Shown here piece after piece: positions 61,913 to 64,000 of a stretch of 64,000 nt of DNA. Source of the stretch: an uncultured Actinomycetaceae bacterium (lineage in GTDB: Bacteria > Actinomycetota > Actinomycetes > Actinomycetales > Actinomycetaceae); the NCBI GenBank assembly GCA_902464405.1, contig CABQJD010000001.1:22408-86407 (forward strand). Direction: 5' to 3'. The position numbers and the translations under genes are program-made. The notes beneath the pieces are model-generated. The model made no database searches. It saw nothing but the letters and a program-made list of their open reading frames with translations, and had not been told where the DNA came from. Each line of letters starts with the position of its first letter. Within the stretch, counting starts at the first letter, position 1.

Positions 61913-63477
61913 TGGCTGATAATTCCAGTTTAGGTGCTGCTAGAAACGCTAAAAATGACGAATTTTATACACAATATAGCGATATAGAAGCCGAGATGAA
62001 TGCCTATATTGAATATAACCCTGAAGTATTCAAAGATAAAACTATTCTTCTACCCTGTGATGATCCAGAATGGTCAAACTTTACTAAATATTTTGCCTCA
62101 AATTTCACAAGACTTGGTATAAAAAAGCTTATTTCAACCTCCTATGCTCAAGGAGCAGCAAATAAACAGCCCACACTATTTGAACTGATGTCGCCTTTGT
62201 ATAATCCACAGCAACATGACACACACGGGAAACTTTTCACGTTAACTCGTGATACAGATGGCAATGGCACAGTTGATACTGACGACATTGAATTTACAGG
62301 ATATCTTGAAGGCGATGGCGATTTCAGAAGTAGCGAAGTAAAGAAACTCCGTGACGAGGCGGATATTGTTATTACAAATCCACCTTTTTCACTCTTTAGA
62401 GAATTTCTAGCGTGGATCTTAGAAGCCGATAAACAGTTTGTGATTTTAGGCAACATGAACGCTATAACGTATAAAGAAGTTTTTCCTTATTTACAAGATA
62501 ATGCTATATGGCTGGGATATAAGTCATTAAATCAAGATATGTATTTTAACGTGACGGATGAGTATAAGAATTGGCTTACTCAAAATAAAAAAGAAGGATC
62601 TGCTTACAAGATAGTAAATGGAATTGTTATGGGAAGATTAGCATCGGCGTGTTGGTTTACTAACGTTGACCACGGAAAGCGTCACGAGAATCTGATACTT
62701 GACACAATGGAGCATAATCTTAAATTCAACAAAAAATTGAAGAAAAAGCTTGAAAAAGAATACGGCAAGCTCGAGTATCCTCACTACGACAACTATGATG
62801 CTATTGAAGTTCCGTTTACAGAATGCATTCCATCAGATTATGAAGCAGCTATGGGAGTCCCTATCACATTTCTTGATAAATGGAATCCAAAACAGTTTGA
62901 AGTGATAGGCGCTGATTTTGAGCTTGCGAAACCAGAACCATTACCCGATGGAAAAACAGGCACGGGACGATTCTACGTGAGAGAGAAAGAGAGTACGGCG
63001 TTTGTACTCGCGCTTGGTCATACGGAGGAAGAAATGACACAAGCATTGCTCTCTATGGGTGTTCCAATTAGTCAAATGCAATGGATATCTGGCGTTATGG
63101 GTGTGCCTATTACATTTATGGATAAATATAATCCCGATCAGTTCGATATCGTAGCGTTTAGAAAAGGCGAAGATGGCAAAGACCTAGTCTTCACGAGAGA
63201 GAGAGAGAGAGAGTACAACCGTACTTTCGTATCCTTGTACAACGTCGATTCCGGGGATGATAAAGAACGCCGAAGGAAAGATAAATGGGCATCCTACTTA
63301 CGCGAGAATAACAATCACCCGCAAATAGAGCCTGTAGATTTATTTCATCCGCTCTGCATTACTAGCAGAGCGAAAGGTACGTTAAATGGAACTATTAAGG
63401 GCAAAGAAACATATCGCAGAGTTTTAATTAAGTTGAAAACAGAGGCAGCTAGTTATGAAAACAACGCTTATAACTGA
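61912..63477 (+). CDS. Adenine-specific DNA methyltransferase, EcoRI family, with repeat-switchable C-terminus
   Basis: [35 protein letters not shown], two GVPITFxDKxNP modules. Confidence 0.9.
   Translation: MADNSSLGAARNAKNDEFYTQYSDIEAEMNAYIEYNPEVFKDKTILLPCDDPEWSNFTKYFASNFTRLGIKKLISTSYAQGAANKQPTLFELMSPLYNPQQHDTHGKLFTLTRDTDGNGTVDTDDIEFTGYLEGDGDFRSSEVKKLRDEADIVITNPPFSLFREFLAWILEADKQFVILGNMNAITYKEVFPYLQDNAIWLGYKSLNQDMYFNVTDEYKNWLTQNKKEGSAYKIVNGIVMGRLASACWFTNVDHGKRHENLILDTMEHNLKFNKKLKKKLEKEYGKLEYPHYDNYDAIEVPFTECIPSDYEAAMGVPITFLDKWNPKQFEVIGADFELAKPEPLPDGKTGTGRFYVREKESTAFVLALGHTEEEMTQALLSMGVPISQMQWISGVMGVPITFMDKYNPDQFDIVAFRKGEDGKDLVFTREREREYNRTFVSLYNVDSGDDKERRRKDKWASYLRENNNHPQIEPVDLFHPLCITSRAKGTLNGTIKGKETYRRVLIKLKTEAASYENNAYN
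62979..62993 (+). repeat. Interrupted GA tract (GA)4AA(GA)2G
   Basis: Direct reading. Confidence 0.85.
63195..63213 (+). repeat. (GA)9G simple sequence repeat inside the MTase gene
   Basis: Direct reading; translated as RERERE. Confidence 0.95.
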
Positions 63478-64000
63478 TTGGACAGTTGAGGATATTTGCA
63501 AAGGCTTTATCTACGATAAAAACGAAGGTAAGGGTCTATTTGGCTTAGACGGTAAGCTTATTATTCAACCCGAATATCAAAGAAACTATATTTATGGAGA
63601 TGGCAAAAAGGACGTTGCTGTTGTAGATTCTTTGCTTAAAGGATACCCACTTGGCTTAATTTACTTTGTAAAGAATAATGACGGCACGTATGAAGTGTTA
63701 GATGGACAACAGCGTATTACGTCATTTGCACGTTTTGTCAGACAATCGTGTCCTTTTGCTGTTGAACGTGATGGCAAACCAAAATATTTCGACAGTCTTG
63801 CTCAAGATGAGCAAGATTTCATTAGCAATACAAAACTTACCATTTATGTGTGTGAAGGAACACCTTCAGAAATTGAAGCATGGTTTGAAACGATCAACAT
63901 TGCCGGTGTTCCACTGGTAAAACAGGAACTACGAAATGCCGCTTATCATGGAAGCTTTGTAACGCTTGCCAAGGAAGAATTTTCAAACACTTCCAATTCT
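63455..64000 (+). CDS. DUF262 (GmrS/ParB-like) protein, probable nuclease partner; 3' truncated, absent from ORF track
   Basis: [18 protein letters not shown]...[10 protein letters not shown]...[12 protein letters not shown]...FETINIAG..L...ELRNA. Confidence 0.88.
   Translation, partial: MKTTLITDWTVEDICKGFIYDKNEGKGLFGLDGKLIIQPEYQRNYIYGDGKKDVAVVDSLLKGYPLGLIYFVKNNDGTYEVLDGQQRITSFARFVRQSCPFAVERDGKPKYFDSLAQDEQDFISNTKLTIYVCEGTPSEIEAWFETINIAGVPLVKQELRNAAYHGSFVTLAKEEFSNTSNS

Larger units (their letters stand above)
61412..64000. mobile_element. Left part of an AT-richer genomic island carrying a restriction-modification-like locus
   Basis: Visible drop in GC and change in codon usage after the rlmC-like gene; no integrase in the window. 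Confidence 0.55.

Noticed and set aside
62851..63477. Invertible shufflon explanation for the MTase tails
   Set aside because: All alternative tails are on the same strand; no flanking inverted repeats or invertase seen in the window.
63702..63920. 72-aa ORF in the track
   Set aside because: Out-of-frame shadow within the DUF262 gene starting at 63455.

Overview
Chromosomal window of a host-associated actinobacterium; gene content and order suggest Actinomycetaceae (inferred, not proven). Bases 1-61411 hold core genes (kgd end, sigH-rsrA-bL37, nagAB, dcd, rlmB, cysS, ispDF, carD, gpmA, pgm, purB, rlmC-like) and host-glycan modules: two sugar ABC operons (one GL-BP/GltABC-like with a lacto-N-biosidase-like GH20 and NahK), a sulfatase, and a sialic-acid (nan) cluster. 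From about 61420 an AT-richer island begins: small RHH-like regulator, EcoRI-family adenine methyltransferase, then a DUF262 gene cut by the window edge. The main discovery is the 3' end of that methyltransferase. It has a duplicated GVPITFxDKxNP module and two GA dinucleotide tracts. All three reading frames after the second tract, and one after the first, encode a different C-terminus ending in the same Y-x-R-hydrophobic motif. This looks like a slipped-strand, multi-state C-terminus selector rather than an ON/OFF switch. Also seen: a duplicated rsrA-end/bL37 segment bracketing the sulfatase, a DtxR/IdeR box, a 7-bp VNTR and a homopolymer frameshift. Family assignments come from motif recognition and recalled sequences, not database searches.
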